Origin: Candidatus Limnocylindrales bacterium
Lineage (GTDB): Bacteria; Chloroflexota; Limnocylindria; Limnocylindrales; CSP1-4
Direction of reading: 5' to 3'
NCBI GenBank assembly: GCA_046712485.1
Contig: JBKKCW010000035.1
Coordinates: 1 to 35,675 of the forward strand
Length of the DNA: 35,675 nucleotides
The position numbers were made by a program, and so were the translations under genes. Shown one piece after another: positions 35,227-35,675 of the stretch (position 1 is its first letter; each line of letters starts with the position of its first letter). The notes below the pieces were generated by a model. It did not search any database. It had not been told where the DNA came from and saw only the letters and a list, made by a program, of their open reading frames with translations.

Positions 35227-35675
35227 GCGCCGGCCGCGCGCGCGGGATCCGTGGCGTCCTGCGACTCCAGCTCCGCCATGCTGCGCAGATGCTCCATGGC
35301 CTGCGACGCGGCGGCCGTCTCCGCGGTCCGGCGGGAAGGACCCTCGCCGATGCCGAGGAGGGTGCCGTCCACCCAGACCTCGATGCGGAAGGACTTCTCG
35401 TGGTCGGGTCCCGTCGCGTCCAGCAACCTGTACGTCGGGCGGTCTCCGGTCCGCCGTTGCGTGAACTCCTGGAGCCGGCTCTTGGGGCTCTTGAGCGTTC
35501 CGATCGGGGCTTCCGCACGCAACTCCGGCTCGGCGAGCGCCACGACCCAGTCGCGAACCGCGGCCAGCCCCAGGTCCAGGTAGAGCGCGCCGGCCACCGC
35601 CTCGAACGTGGAGGCGAGGAGCGACGGACGGCGTCGCCCGCTGCGCTGCGCCTCACCTTCGCCCAAGAGGAGATG
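35223..35675 (-). CDS. rnc: Ribonuclease III, C-terminal part (5' end is outside the window)
   Basis: The frame is open to the right edge. It encodes LLLGEGEAQRSGRRRPSLLASTFEAVAGALYLDLG (the end of the RNase III domain) and a dsRBD (KSRLQEFTQRRTGDRPTYRLLDATGPDHEKSFRIEVWVDGTLLGIGEGPSRRTAETAAA). Confidence 0.9.
   Translation of the reverse strand, partial: HLLLGEGEAQRSGRRRPSLLASTFEAVAGALYLDLGLAAVRDWVVALAEPELRAEAPIGTLKSPKSRLQEFTQRRTGDRPTYRLLDATGPDHEKSFRIEVWVDGTLLGIGEGPSRRTAETAAASQAMEHLRSMAELESQDATDPARAAGA

Noticed and set aside
1-35675. A defence island, prophage, toxin-antitoxin pair, retron or other accessory system hidden among the housekeeping genes.
   Set aside because: Every ORF with coding-like properties is accounted for by a conserved housekeeping family, plus one MFS transporter, one NUDIX hydrolase and one unknown membrane protein. 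Gaps are short. By eye I saw no compositional break, integrase, or tRNA attachment site.

Overview
This is a GC-rich bacterial chromosomal window with a strong G/C bias at third codon positions. It is core housekeeping DNA, not an accessory island. Of 35 recognisable genes, 33 lie on the minus strand in an almost gap-free array, and many are joined by ATGA/GTGA stop-start overlaps. Reading the minus strand from right to left: rnc (partial)-smc-ftsY, then an MFS transporter on the plus strand, then ffh-(DUF3352-like membrane protein)-rpsP-khpA-rimM-trmD-rplS-rnhB-yraN-NUDIX-rpsB-tsf-pyrH-frr-uppS-cdsA-dxr-rseP-ispG-nusA-ylxR-infB-rbfA-nrnA-truB-ribF. A PduO-type cobalamin adenosyltransferase follows on the plus strand, then rpsO-pnp-asd-udg (partial). 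The order looks like a compacted Actinomycetota/Chloroflexota-type backbone. EF-Ts (199 aa) and IF-2 (634 aa) are both short forms. I saw no rRNA, tRNA, CRISPR array, IS element or integrase. The best candidate for something undescribed is the pnp gene. It encodes a PNPase of about 861 aa carrying a complete DnaQ/RNase T-like DEDDh 3'-5' exonuclease domain, with all five catalytic residues present, inserted in-frame into the alpha-helical linker between the two RNase PH domains. Secondary observations: (1) an in-frame TGA inside ribF, together with a degenerate riboflavin-kinase half; (2) a ylxR whose conserved N-terminus has no canonical start codon; (3) a promoter plus intrinsic terminator in the nusA leader, with no rimP; (4) a recurring extended -10 promoter motif; (5) short tandem and direct repeats in two unusually long spacers; (6) an uncharacterised membrane-anchored protein wedged between ffh and rpsP; (7) an RNase HII whose GRG motif reads GVA; (8) charged low-complexity tails on several translation factors. 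All family assignments come from motif recognition by eye and from synteny. No database search was possible.
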